From the human T2T-CHM13v2.0 reference genome, Homo sapiens, in assembly GCF_009914755.1 (NCBI RefSeq), contig NC_060929.1: a stretch of DNA of 64,000 nucleotides; one strand, written 5' to 3'. The position numbers and the translations under genes were made by a program. Each line of letters starts with the position of its first letter. Position 1 is the first letter of the stretch. The notes under the pieces were generated by a model, which searched no databases, was not told where the DNA came from, and saw only the letters and a program-made list of their open reading frames with translations. Shown here one piece after another: positions 28,265-40,623 of this stretch.

Positions 28265-29146
28265 ACTCTTTTACTTGTGACTAATGGAAACCCAACTGAA
28301 ACTTGATATGCAAAAAAGGACATATTGTTCATTTAATCAGAATTGGAGTGGCATTGGTCACAGAGAGATTCATGGGCTCAAATAATGCCATGAGGACAAG
28401 GTTTCTGTCTCTTGGTCTCTCAGTTCTATTTTTTCCTGTGTTAGCCTACATTTCAGGGGGATTGCTCCTCCTAGTAGTCCATGACACCCTCAGCATTACA
28501 ACTTACCAGCTGAGTAACCCTGATGAATGTCGTCTCCTGGGGGTAGGGAGAATGAGATGATGGCCAATGGGCAGGAAATATCAGAGAGGAGAAATAATTT
28601 TTTTTTATTTTGGAGATCTATTATACACTGTGGTGACTATAGTTAATAATAGTGTGTTGTACAATTCAAAAATGCTAAAAGAGTAAATTTCACATATTCT
28701 TAACACAAAAAGAGTATTTGAGGTTATGGATAGATTAATTAGCTTGATTTAATTATTTCATATTGTATTTATAAATCATAACATCACTTTGTACCCCATA
28801 AACACATATAACTATAAATTTTCCATTTACAATATTTTTTCTTAAAAAAAGAAATGTTTCCTTCTTCAAAATTATTCTAACCACACTCCCCAAATTGAGT
28901 CTCATCAGTATGGCATGGGTTATGTGTTCACCCCTGAACCTATAAGTATGGACAGAGTAATGAGAATCTCTGATTGAGTCCATTTCTGTCATATGCTCAC
29001 ATAGAGCCAGAAGTTTAGATCAGTTGCAGATAAGCCACATGGACTGAGAAGAAAGAAGACGTGGTTCCCCAAAATGTCACCAAGGTATACCATCTGAAGA
29101 AAAAGGAAGAGATGCAGAGAAAGCAAAAAAGAGCAGATGTCCAACA
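28265..29146 (-). mobile_element. MLT1J/K-like LTR split by an L1MA fragment (segments ~28265-28535 and ~28850-29146)
   Basis: ggaaacccaactgaaact...gggctcaaataatgcca...ccagctgagtaaccc; resumes with attgagtctcat...cacccctgaacc...gtggttccccaaa...cagatgtccaaca. Confidence 0.65.
28538..28850 (+). mobile_element. L1MA (8/9-like) 3' end
   Basis: gatctattatacactgtggtgactatagttaataatagtgtgttgtac...ttaattagcttgattta...aacatcactttgtaccccataaa. Confidence 0.85.
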
Positions 29147-29691
29147 GAGCAATTTATTCCCTCAAACTAAAAACAAGATAATATTCTTTGAAAACTTTTA
29201 TCTTATTTATTCAGACAACAATCAAAGATACATACTTAATCCTAGAGGAGGTGGAAGGTCCAAAACTATTTTTGAAAACTTTGATGAATCTGTTCTAATT
29301 GGAAGAGTGAAATATTTTCCTCTCCAAGATTTAGAAACTGTCAGGAGATACCAGTGTGGGGAATAATGAAGAAATTACACAGAATAAAGAGAGAAAAAAA
29401 ATAAATGGCATAAATTAATTGGGGAATCATGTCCCCAAAGTCCAGTCCCCAGTTGCACACTCACATTTTGAATATATTGTCCTGCTGCCTTCTTACCTCC
29501 ATTATTTCTGATGAGAAGTTAATTGTTTATCTTACTGGGGTTCCCTTGTGCATGACGAATCTTTTTTTGTTACTGCTTTCAAGCTTTCCTATTTATTTTT
29601 GGCTTTCAACATTTTGATAGTGACATGTCTGTAGATTTGTGTGTGTTTGTCCTGCTTGGAGTTGGTTGAGCTTCCTGGGTGTATAGATTAA

Positions 29692-30040
<349 letters not shown>

Positions 30041-31251
30041 AATTTCCTCAAATGCTTTTCTTGCTTCTTTTTATCTCTATTCTCTTTTGTGTACTCCCAC
30101 TATACACATGTTCCTTGGTTAATGGTGTACCATGTTTCTCTGAAATACTGGTGTTTGGTTGTTTCTTTTTTTTCATTCTTTTTTCTCTCTGTTCTTAATT
30201 CTAGAGGAGGTGGAAGGTCCTCTCTATTGAACTAATTTTAAGTTTGCTGATTCTTCTCCCAGCTCATTTTGAGCACCTCTAGTGAATTTTTCATTTTAGT
30301 TATAGTACTTTTCAACTTCAGAATTTCCATTTGGTTATTTTTTTTAAGCCTTTCTATCTCTTCATTGATAGTCTCTATTTGATAAAACATTGTCATCAGG
30401 TTTCCTTTGATCCTTCAGCTATGATTTTCTTTAGTTCTTTGAACATATTTTTAATAAATGCTTTGAAGTCTCTGTCTACTAAATCCAACATCTTGGTCCC
30501 TTAAAGGCAGTTTCTATTGCCTAGTATGTTTCCTGTGTATCTGTCACTCTTTTCTGCTTCTGTGCATGTCTCATAATTTTTTGTTGAAAACTGGACATTT
30601 TGGATAATATATTGAAGCAAACTTGGATATGAATATCCCCTGGGTGTTGATGTTGTTTGATTGATCATTTGTTTGTTTGGTGATTTGGCTGAACTAATTC
30701 TGTGAGGCCTATTTTTCCTGTAGTGTGTAGCCTCTCAAGTTTCAGCTCAGATTATTTTCCCCTTGTTTTTTACCTTTTAGCCTGGTTTCCTAGGGGTTGC
30801 CCCAGAGTCAGCATAAGCTACTTATTGGTCAAAAGAAGATACTAATTAGTCAAAATTAAGCTCTGTTAGATTTTTACCCTTTAGCACTGGATGTACATGT
30901 GTGTAGCTTGGGGGCTGCTATTAGAACTCAAGAGGGTGGTAGTTTTGCCCACAATCAGCCCAGGGACTAGTAGCTTTGAAGTTCTTGTCTCTGATTCCCT
31001 CTGAGAGGGCACCACCTTGGGTATGCACACTATCTTCCAAACTGCCAGGGATGCATGTGCTTTCAATTCTAACCCTAAATTCCTAGGAATTATTTTTGGG
31101 CCAGGGTAGCTTATCGTTCAGCCAGTGTTCAGGAAGAGGTGTGCTTAAAACCCTTGTGCCAGTGAATCTTCTGCTCGATGTTGATGATAGATATGTGTGC
31201 AGTTTGGGGAGTGATTTCAAATCTGTCCAAGTCCTCTTCTGATTGCTCCTG

Positions 31252-32341
31252 TATCAGGGGAGCCAGCCCCCAATATTTCAATGTAGGTTCTTTTCTATTT
31301 TCCCTAAGTGTTGGCCAGTCTGAGAAATAAAGGGAAAGAGTACAAAAGAGAGAAATTTTAAAGCTGGGTATCTGGGGGAGACATCACATATCAGCAGGTT
31401 CCGTGATGCCCCCTGAGCCGCAAAACCAGCAAGTTTTTATTATGGATTTTCAAAGGGGAGGGAGTGTACAAATAGGGTGTGGGTCACAGAGATCACATGC
31501 TTCAAAGGCAATAAAGTATCACAAGGCAGAAGGTCAGAGTGAGATCACAAGGTCAGGGTGAAACTAGAATTGCTAATGAAGGTCCATGTCCTGCTGGGCA
31601 CACATTGTCATTGATAAACATCTTAGCAGGAAACAGGGTTCAAGAGCAGAGAACCATCTGACTAGAATTTGCCAGGCTGGAATTTCCTAATCCTAGCAAG
31701 CCTGGGGGCGCTGCAGGAGACTAGGGCATGTTTCATTCCTTATCTTCAACTGCATAAGGCACACACTCCTAGAGCGGCCATTTTAGAGGCCTTCTCCTGG
31801 GAATGCATTCTTTTCCCAGGGCTGTTAATTATTAATATTCCTTACTGGGGAAATAATTCAGTGATATTTCTCTTACCCATTTTCGGCAATAAGAGAAATA
31901 TGGCTCTGTCCTGCCTGGCTTCCAGGCAGTCAGACCCAATGGTTATCTCCCTTGTTCCCTGAACGTCGCTGTTATCCTTTTTCAAGGTGCCCAGATGTCA
32001 TATTGTTCAAACACAGATGCTTTACGAAAAATTTGTGCAGTTAACGAAATCATCACAGGGTCCTGAGGTGACATACGTCCTCAGCTTATGAAGATGATGG
32101 GATTAAGAGATTAAAGTAAAGACAGGCATAGTAAATTATAAGGGTATTGATTGAGGAAGTGATAAATGTCCATGAAATCTTCACAATTTATGTTTACAGA
32201 TTGCAGTAAAGACAGGCATGAGAAATTATAAAAGTATTAATTTGGGGAACTAATAAATGTCCATGAAATTGTCACAATTTATGTTCTTCTGCTGTGGCTT
32301 CATCCAGTCCTTCCGTTCAGGGTCCCTGACTTCCTGCAACA
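31252..32341 (-). mobile_element. MER11 (HERV-K11/HML-8) solo LTR
   Basis: Minus strand begins TGTTGCAGGAAGTCAGGGACCCTGAACGG and carries the duplicated AACATAAATTGTGAxxATTTCATGGACATTTAT block typical of MER11; perfect 6-bp TSD ctcctg at 31246-31251 and 32342-32347; 1090 bp. Confidence 0.92.
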
Positions 32342-33354
32342 CTCCTGAGTAGATCCCTAACACATATGCACGGCCCTTTCTGATCCACAGAGTTGACTGT
32401 GAATCCAGAGGAATATTCTTAGCTGTTTCTTTCTATGGTTCTGTCTACTAGACTTCTGGCTGTTTTGCTTTTTGACTTGTTGCTACCAGTATCATGGAGC
32501 TACCAACAGCCTCATAATTGCTCTCCACCAAGATTTCCATTGTTTTTCACTCCCTGCGACCTGGAATTTCCATATTCTGTTTCAAATAAACTCAGTTCTC
32601 TCCAGCTGAGCTGTTCACAGCCTGCCTCTCCCACTGAGTACAATCTCCCAGCATAGGAGCTGGGAGAAGGGATGGTGGCTCACCTCTCCTGGATTGACAA
32701 CCTTGCTCTACTGGTGGGTGCTGGAATAGGAGGTGGTAGCCCCTGATCTCAGCTTACCCATCTAAGCACAAAACTTCCACATTGCTAGGGCATGAGCGAT
32801 AGGGGCACATATATTCTCAGCCTGCCACACCTGGGTTGGAGGTTCTGCTCTGGGAGTAGGGGCTGGTGGTGGATGGGAGTCTTAGTTCTTTCAGCCACTC
32901 CTGCCCTGAATAGAGCTTTTGCAACAAAGGGCCTGGAGGGTGGGCAGGGTGAAAAGATACCCCTGGACTGGGAGCCTAGGGATGAGGGAGCCCTTCTCCT
33001 CTCTACTCTCTCTTCTCCTTCATCTTCTTGGCTGCACCTGCATAGAGTAGGACACCCAGAAAAGAGTTTCCTAAACACAGAGCTGAGCTAGAGGCAAAGG
33101 TTATGACTCAAATGTCACAGACTCTTGCTGTTCTTACTGCTCAATAGATTTTCTTGAATGAATATTTCTCCATTTGCTGTGTGACCTTATGACAATTTCC
33201 AGAGATTTTTAAATGGCTTTTCATAATTTTTATCAGTTAAATAGTTGTTTTACTGAGAAGAGAGTCCTCTGGCTCCTCACTCACCATTCTGGAAGTCCCT
33301 CTACACTCACATTTAACTTTCATTCTGTAAGTTACAAATCCATCAGTCATAAGC

Positions 33355-33720
33355 CATTCAAGAGCTTAAAGAGTTATCTAGTCTATTCCGTCTGCCTTTG
33401 GATAGGATAATACCTTAGCCAGCCCAGATAGATGAAAATCTATACTGGTTTTGAAAACCTTCAGAGAAAAAAATTTCACAGCCTTTCTTAATAACCTAAA
33501 TCAATGCTTAACAACTCTCACTGCCAGGAATTCTTCTTTGCTCATAACCTAAAACCCACATGCTACAGTTTAAAAGCCTTTCCTCTTCATCTGTCCTGGA
33601 GAAGATAAAGAACAGCTGGTCACCATACAACATACTTCCTCTCTGTGAGGAACCATCTCTAACATCCTTTAAAAAAAATCCTCTTTTGACCCTGTCATTA
33701 GAATAAATAATCTTAATATT
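33355..33720 (-). mobile_element. L3/CR1 fragment (probably resumes at ~38145-38210)
   Basis: ttcacagcctttcttaataacctaaatcaatgcttaacaactctcactgccaggaattctt...aacctaaa resembles the CR1 3' consensus. Confidence 0.6.
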
Positions 33721-34424
33721 TCCTCATTCTAGTTTTAATTTTAATTTTTCTGGATACATAATAGTGTCTATATGGGATACATGACATATTTTGATACAGG
33801 CATACAAGGTGTAACAATCACATCAGAGTAAATGGAGTATCCATCACCACGAGCATTTATCCTTTCTTTGTGTTACAAACAATCCAATTATATTCTTCTA
33901 GTTATTTTAAAAGGTGCAGTAAATTATTGTTGGCTGTAGAAACCCTGTTGTGCTATCAAATACTAGATCTTATTCATTCTGTCTATATTTTTGTACTCAT
34001 TAACCAGTCCCACTTCCCCCTAACCCCACTACCTTTCTCAGGTAACTATCATTCTACTCTCTATCTCCACAAGTTCGAATGTTTTAACTTTTTTAGCTCT
34101 GACAAATGAGTGAAAAGAGATGAAGTTTGTCTCTATGTGCCTAGTTTATTTCACTTAACATAATCACCTCCAGTTCTAGCCATGTTGCTGTAAATGACAG
34201 TATCTCATTCATTTCGATGGCTGAATAGTACTCCATTGTATATATGTATCATATTTTTTATATCCATTCATTTGTTGATGGACACTTAGGCTGTTTCCAA
34301 ATCTTGGCTATTGTGAATAGTGCTGGAATAAACATGAAAGTGCAGCTATCTCTTCAACATACTGAGATTTCCTTGCTTTGGGGCTATATACTTAGCCATG
34401 GAATTGCTGGATCACCTGATCATT

Positions 34425-34429
<5 letters not shown>

Positions 34430-34476
<47 letters not shown>
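34430..34476. repeat. (TG)23 microsatellite inside L1
   Basis: Perfect TG run. Confidence 0.97.
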
Positions 34477-34478
<2 letters not shown>

Positions 34479-37420
34479 CCTCCAAACTGTTTTCCATGGT
34501 GGTTGTACTAATTTACATTCCTACCAGCAGTGTATGAGGGTTCCCTTTTCTCCACATACTCACCAGCATTTGTTGTTGCCTTTCTTTTGGATACAAGCCA
34601 TTTTAAATGGGGTAAGAAGATAGCTCATTGGAGTTTTAATTTGCATTTCTCTGATTATCAGTGATGTTGAGCACCTTTTCATATACCTGTTTGCCATTTG
34701 CATGTCTTCTTTTAAGAAATGTATATTCAGATCTTTTGCCCATTTTTAAATCAGATTAGTAAATTTTTTTCCTATTAAATTGTTTGAGCATGTTTAATAT
34801 TCAGGTTATGAATTGCTTGGCAAATGGAGAGTTTGCAAATATTTTCTCCCATTCTGTGTGTTGTCTTTTCACTTTGTTGATTGTTTCTATTGCTGCGCAA
34901 AAGCTTTTTAACTTTATGCAATCCTATTTTTCTATTTTTGCTTTGGTTACCTGTGCTTTATTACTCAAGAAATCTTTGCCCAGTCCAATGTCCAAGAAAG
35001 TTTCCCCAGTGTTTTCTCTTAGTTTCATAGTTTGAAGTCTTAGGATTAAGCCTTTTTATTTGATTTTTGTATCTAGTGAGAGATAGAGATCTAGTTTCAT
35101 TCTTCTGCACATGAATATCCAGTTTCCCAGTACAATTTATTAAAGACACTATTATTTCCCAACTATATGTTCTTGGATCTTGGTCAAAAATGAGTTCACT
35201 GGATGTATGGATCTATTTCTGGGTCATCTATTCTGTTTCATTGGTCTATGTCTCTGTTTTTATGGCAGTACATATTGTTTTGGTTACTATTTCTCCGTGG
35301 TATAATTTGAATTCCAATAATGTGATTCCTCCAGTTTTGTTCTTTTTGTTCAGGATAGCTTTGGCTATTCTAGGTTTTTTGTGATTCCATATAAGTTTTT
35401 GGATTTTTTTCTTCTATTTCTGTGAAGAATGTCATTGATATTTTGAGGGAGATTGCATTGAATCTGTAGGTTGCTTTAGGTAGTATGCACATTTTACCAA
35501 TATTGATTCTTCCAATCCATGAACATGGAATATCTTTCCATTTGTTTTGTGTCCTCTTCAATTTCTTGTATCAAAGATTTATAGTTCTCATTGTAGAGGT
35601 CTTTCACTTCTTCGGTTAAGATTATTCCTAGGTATTTTATTTTCTTTGTAGCTATTGTAAATAGGGTTTCTTTCTGAATTTCATTTTAAGGCAATTTTGC
35701 AGATGTTGTAAGCGTGTTTCACTCTTTTCTATTCTTTTTTCTTTTGTTTCCTCTGACTGTGTATTTTCAAATGCCTGTCTTTGAGTTCACTAATTCTTTC
35801 TTCTGCTTCATCCATTCTGCTCTTAGGAGATTCTGATGCATTCTTCAGTATGTCAACTGCATTTTTCAGCTCCAAAATTTCTGCTTGATTCTTTTAAATT
35901 ATTTCTATTTCTTTGTTAAGTGTATCTGATAAGATTCTGAATTCCTTCTCCACAGTACCTTGAATTTCACTGAGCTTCCTCAAAACAACTATTTAGAATT
36001 CTCTGTCTGAAAAGTCACATATCTCTGTTTCTCCAGGATTGGTTACTGGTACCTTATTTAGTTTCTTTGGTGAGGTCATGTTTTCCTGGATGGTCTTGAT
36101 GCTTGTGGATGTTCATCAGTTTCTGGGTATTGAAGAGTTAGATATTTATTATAGACTTTGCAGTCTAAGCTTGTTTGTACCCAACCTTCTTAGGAGGGCT
36201 TTCCAGGTATTCCTGGAATTCTAAGTTTTTGGTCTCTATAGCCCTATCTGCTTTAGAGTGTACCACACGCCCAGTAATGCTTTGGCTCTTGGAGATTCAT
36301 AGAGGTGCCACCTTGGTGATCTTAGGCAAGATCCAGGAGAATTCTCTGGATTACCAGGCAGAGACTCTTGTTCTCTTCCCTTACATTCCCCCAAACAAAT
36401 AGAGTCTCTCTCTATGTGTTGAGCTGCCTGGAGCTAGGGGAGGGGTGATAGAAGCACCACTGTCACCACTACCACTGGGACTGTGCTGGGTCAGACCTGA
36501 AGCCAGCATAGCACTGGGTCTTGCCCAAGGCCCATAGTGACCACTGCCTGGCCCCCACCTATGTTCACGAAAGGCCCAAGGGCTTGTGTCTTTCCCTTAG
36601 GGGTGGCAAGTTACACTCAACCCCAGGTGGGTTTGTAGATCCTGTCCAGGAGCTAAGGCCTGGAGTTGAAATCCTTTTGAATCTACCAGGTACTCTATCC
36701 TACTGTGGCTGAGCTGGCATCCAAGCAGCAAGACAAAGTCCTTTGTACACTTCTCACCCATTTCCTCAAGCAGAGTCTCTCCCCATGTCACCACCATCCT
36801 AGGCCAGTGGCAGGTTCTGCCTGGCTACTGCCAGTGTTCACTCAAGGCCCAAGGGCTCTTCAGACAGCTTACGATGAATGCTGCCAGTCCTGAGTCTCTC
36901 CCTTCAAGGCAATGAGATCTGCTCCGGCCCAGTTCAGGTCCAGAAATACTATCTAGGAGCCAAGACCTAGATCTGGGAACCCCTGCAACCTGCTTGGTGC
37001 TCTACCCTATTGTGGCTGAGCTGGTACCTAAGCTTCAAGACAGTTTCTTTATTCTTCCCTCTGCTTTTCTCAAGCAAATGGATTCTCTCCTCATAGCCAC
37101 TACATAGCTGGCAACGTACTGGGTCACACCTGAAGACAGCACAGCTCTGAATCTCAACCAAGGCCGTGGTGAGTATTGCCTGGCTACCACTACTGATTAT
37201 TCAGGGCTTAAGGGCTCTTTAGTCAGCAGGTGATAAATCTTGCCAGGAATGGGTCCTTTCCTTCAAGGTAGCAGATTCCCTCCTGGTCCAGGCTTGTGTT
37301 TAGAAATGGTGTCTGGGAGCTAGGGCCTGGAATGGGGGGCCTCAGAATTCTGCCTGGTGCCCTGTTCTACTGTGGCTAAGTTGGTATTCGAGTTGCAACA
37401 CAAATTCCTCTTTACTCTCC

Positions 37421-37469
37421 CCTCTCCTCTCCTCTCCTCTCCTCTCCTCTCCTCTCCTCTCCTCTCCTC
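37421..37469. repeat. (CCTCT)n pentanucleotide repeat, ~10 copies
   Basis: Read directly; lies in the L1 5' UTR. Confidence 0.95.
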
Positions 37470-38214
37470 AAGCAGAGGGAAGGAGTCTCTTCCAGAGCTG
37501 TGAGCTATGCTGCCTGCGGTTGGGAGAGGGGTGACACAGGAACTTCCTTGGCTGTCCCACCTGGTATTTCACAGGTTGTGTGCATTCCAAATCCACTGGC
37601 TTGAAGCCCAGCACAGCACCAAGATTTACTCAGGAATTGCTGTCTTTGTGGCCTAGACTGCCTTTCAAGGTTATTTAGGACCCCAGGACTGTTTAGGCCA
37701 AGGTGGCAGGGCTTGCCAGGGTGGGTGATTCCTCTCTGACTATGGCTGGTCTAAGTGCTCCCTCTGTGGGTGCCAGCTGAGTTCTGCCCCATATTGCTTT
37801 CTGCTGTGACAGGGTAGCACTGAGTTCCAATGCAAAGTCCACACTCACTGTCCTCTCCCTTCCCCAAACACATAGATTCTCTCTCCATGCCATGCGGCCA
37901 CTGCCAGGGATGGGGAAGGAGTGGTGCAGGCGATTTGAGACTGTCTTTCTTACCTGCTTCAGCACCTCTTTCCTCAATATGATGTTATAACTAGGTACTG
38001 TGATCGCTCACCTGATTTTTGGTTATTTTGAAGGTGCTTTTGTTGTGTATAGTTGTTCAGTTTGGTGCTCCTGTGCTGGGGAGACACTAAATGGAGGCTT
38101 CTATTCAACCACTTGTTCAGCTTCCCTCCCTTCATACTATTTTTCAATCCATGAGCAACCTTTGTGCTCTCTTCCAAAATCATTTCACTGTTGTCATTAA
38201 CCTCTTAAGATCTG

Positions 38215-38400
38215 AAATACTTCTCAAAGCAAGGTCCAAGAACTTTATACATGATTCTCTTAAAGTGCTTGTTAAATACACAGATTTGTGTGACCCTCTC
38301 TGGACTTAGTGACTCATAACCCTGGTTATGAATCTGGGAATCAGCATGCCTAACAAATTCACCAGGTGCTTCTGATGCACTGATGTATAAGATCCTATAG
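38215..38400. mobile_element. MER5-like hAT DNA transposon
   Basis: gtgcttgttaaatacacagatt...ctgggaatcagcat...aacaaattcaccaggtgcttctgatgcac. Confidence 0.65.
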
Positions 38401-38427
38401 GCTAGACTGTGGTCTATTTTCACTGGG

Positions 38428-38610
38428 TTATAGATTGCAACACCTTGCCTGCATAATAGAATCACATGGGAACTTTTATAAATTCTGAAGTCCAGGCTGC
38501 ACCCCAGTCTAATTAAATCAGAGTCTCTGGGGGTGACATTAGGGTCAGCAGAATTTTTAAAGCTCCCCAGGTGAATTATAAGTAAATCCAATGGAGACAG
38601 CCAGTTCTCC
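38428..38610. mobile_element. MER5A-like hAT DNA transposon
   Basis: tagaatcacatgggaacttt...ccaggctgcaccccagtctaattaaatcagagtctctggggg...tttttaaagctccccaggtga. Confidence 0.8.
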
Positions 38611-39089
38611 AAGGCAAGAAGATATTAGCATTTTTATCTCAGCACCTATCAGCACAAAGCCTAATACAGAGAATGTTAGTGCCTAGTTAGGTGACTGAGT
38701 AAACTAGACATAAGTTTTATTTCTAGGTCCATGTTTATTGAATGTCCCATTTTCTTCTATCTATCTATATCATGGGATATTTTGTATAATAGTAAGGGTG
38801 AACTGTCCTTTCTCATAGTAAAGATAAGTCTTTTTGTTACTATTTGTTGTTTTAGAGGAGAGCTGACTTTGAGGGACAAGAGACAAATATTTCAGTTCAG
38901 AAATGTGTAAGATTGGAGATGCTGAGTGATGCCTGTGTAAAGATTCCTCATAGGCATTGTGAAGACTGGAAATATGGATGACGAGTGTTGAAACCTTCAC
39001 ATTGAATGATGTCAAGACTCCTTTCATGTACCACCTCAGACACACTTCACCCACTCTGACTCGTGTTCTGTCATCCCACTGGGGTATTA

Positions 39090-39908
<819 letters not shown>

Positions 39909-40475
39909 ATGGTGTTAGGGACATATCACTCATCTTCTTATCCTTACCTATCAATCACAGTGCCTGGCACAAATGAGGTGCCCAGTAAACATATACTGAC
40001 CTGAAACAGAGAAGAAAGTTGAATAGAGGAAGGAGCGTCTCAATACACCACACAATACATGATGAGAGAATGTTTTGGTGAGAGAATAGCCAAAAGATTG
40101 TGACTTAGTCCCATCTATTAGTCATGAGACAATGAGCAAACCAGCAATCTCTTGAATATTCAATTTCTTTACCTTATAAAATGAGATTCCAAATTATATC
40201 TGAATCTCTTGAGACTCAAATGAGACTATACATATGGCACTGTTCTAAAAATTATAAACCAAAGTGTTGGGTTATTGCTTTGGTATCATAGACTTATATG
40301 ACAGCTTTTTTTCTTCCATTCAGACTATGAGGGTAGTTCCATATATTAGCAGTTAACACATTTCAGAAAGAATTTCTAATAGCTATGTGAGAATAGGATA
40401 ACCATAATTAAGAATTGTGAGTGATCATCTGAGATAAACATTTTTATTTATGTTATATATATTATATAAATTATG

Positions 40476-40623
40476 ATATATTACATAATATATAATACAT
40501 TAATGTTATATATTACATAATATATAATACATTAATGTTATATATTACATAATATATAATACATTAATGTTATATATTACATAATATATAATACATTAAT
40601 GTTATATATTACATAATATATAA
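40476..40623. repeat. AT-rich 32-bp minisatellite, ~4.6 perfect copies
   Basis: Unit atatattacataatatataatacattaatgtt starts at 40476, 40508, 40540, 40572 and (partial) 40604; lies in a TA-rich tract ~40441-40700. Confidence 0.95.

Larger units (their letters stand above)
33737..38131 (-). mobile_element. L1MA2/3-like LINE-1 with both ends and a large internal deletion
   Basis: 3' UTR (aatcacatcagagtaaatggagtatccatcacc...gtgctatcaaatactagatcttattc); ORF2 remnant [31 protein letters not shown]; jump to ORF1-like sequence at ~35688; 5' end on the minus strand GGTTGAATAGAAGCCTCC; degenerate TSD tcattctagtttt (33724-33736) / tcatactattttt (38132-38144). Confidence 0.85.

Noticed and set aside
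32110-32290. ~90-bp internal direct repeat
   Set aside because: Intrinsic part of the MER11 LTR.
35370-35561. ORF with clear protein homology ([15 protein letters not shown])
   Set aside because: Dead L1 ORF2 fragment, not a host gene.
40476-40623. Regularly spaced ~30-bp repeats (also 59850-59927) as a possible CRISPR array
   Set aside because: Head-to-tail units with no unique spacers, no cas genes, and a eukaryotic context.
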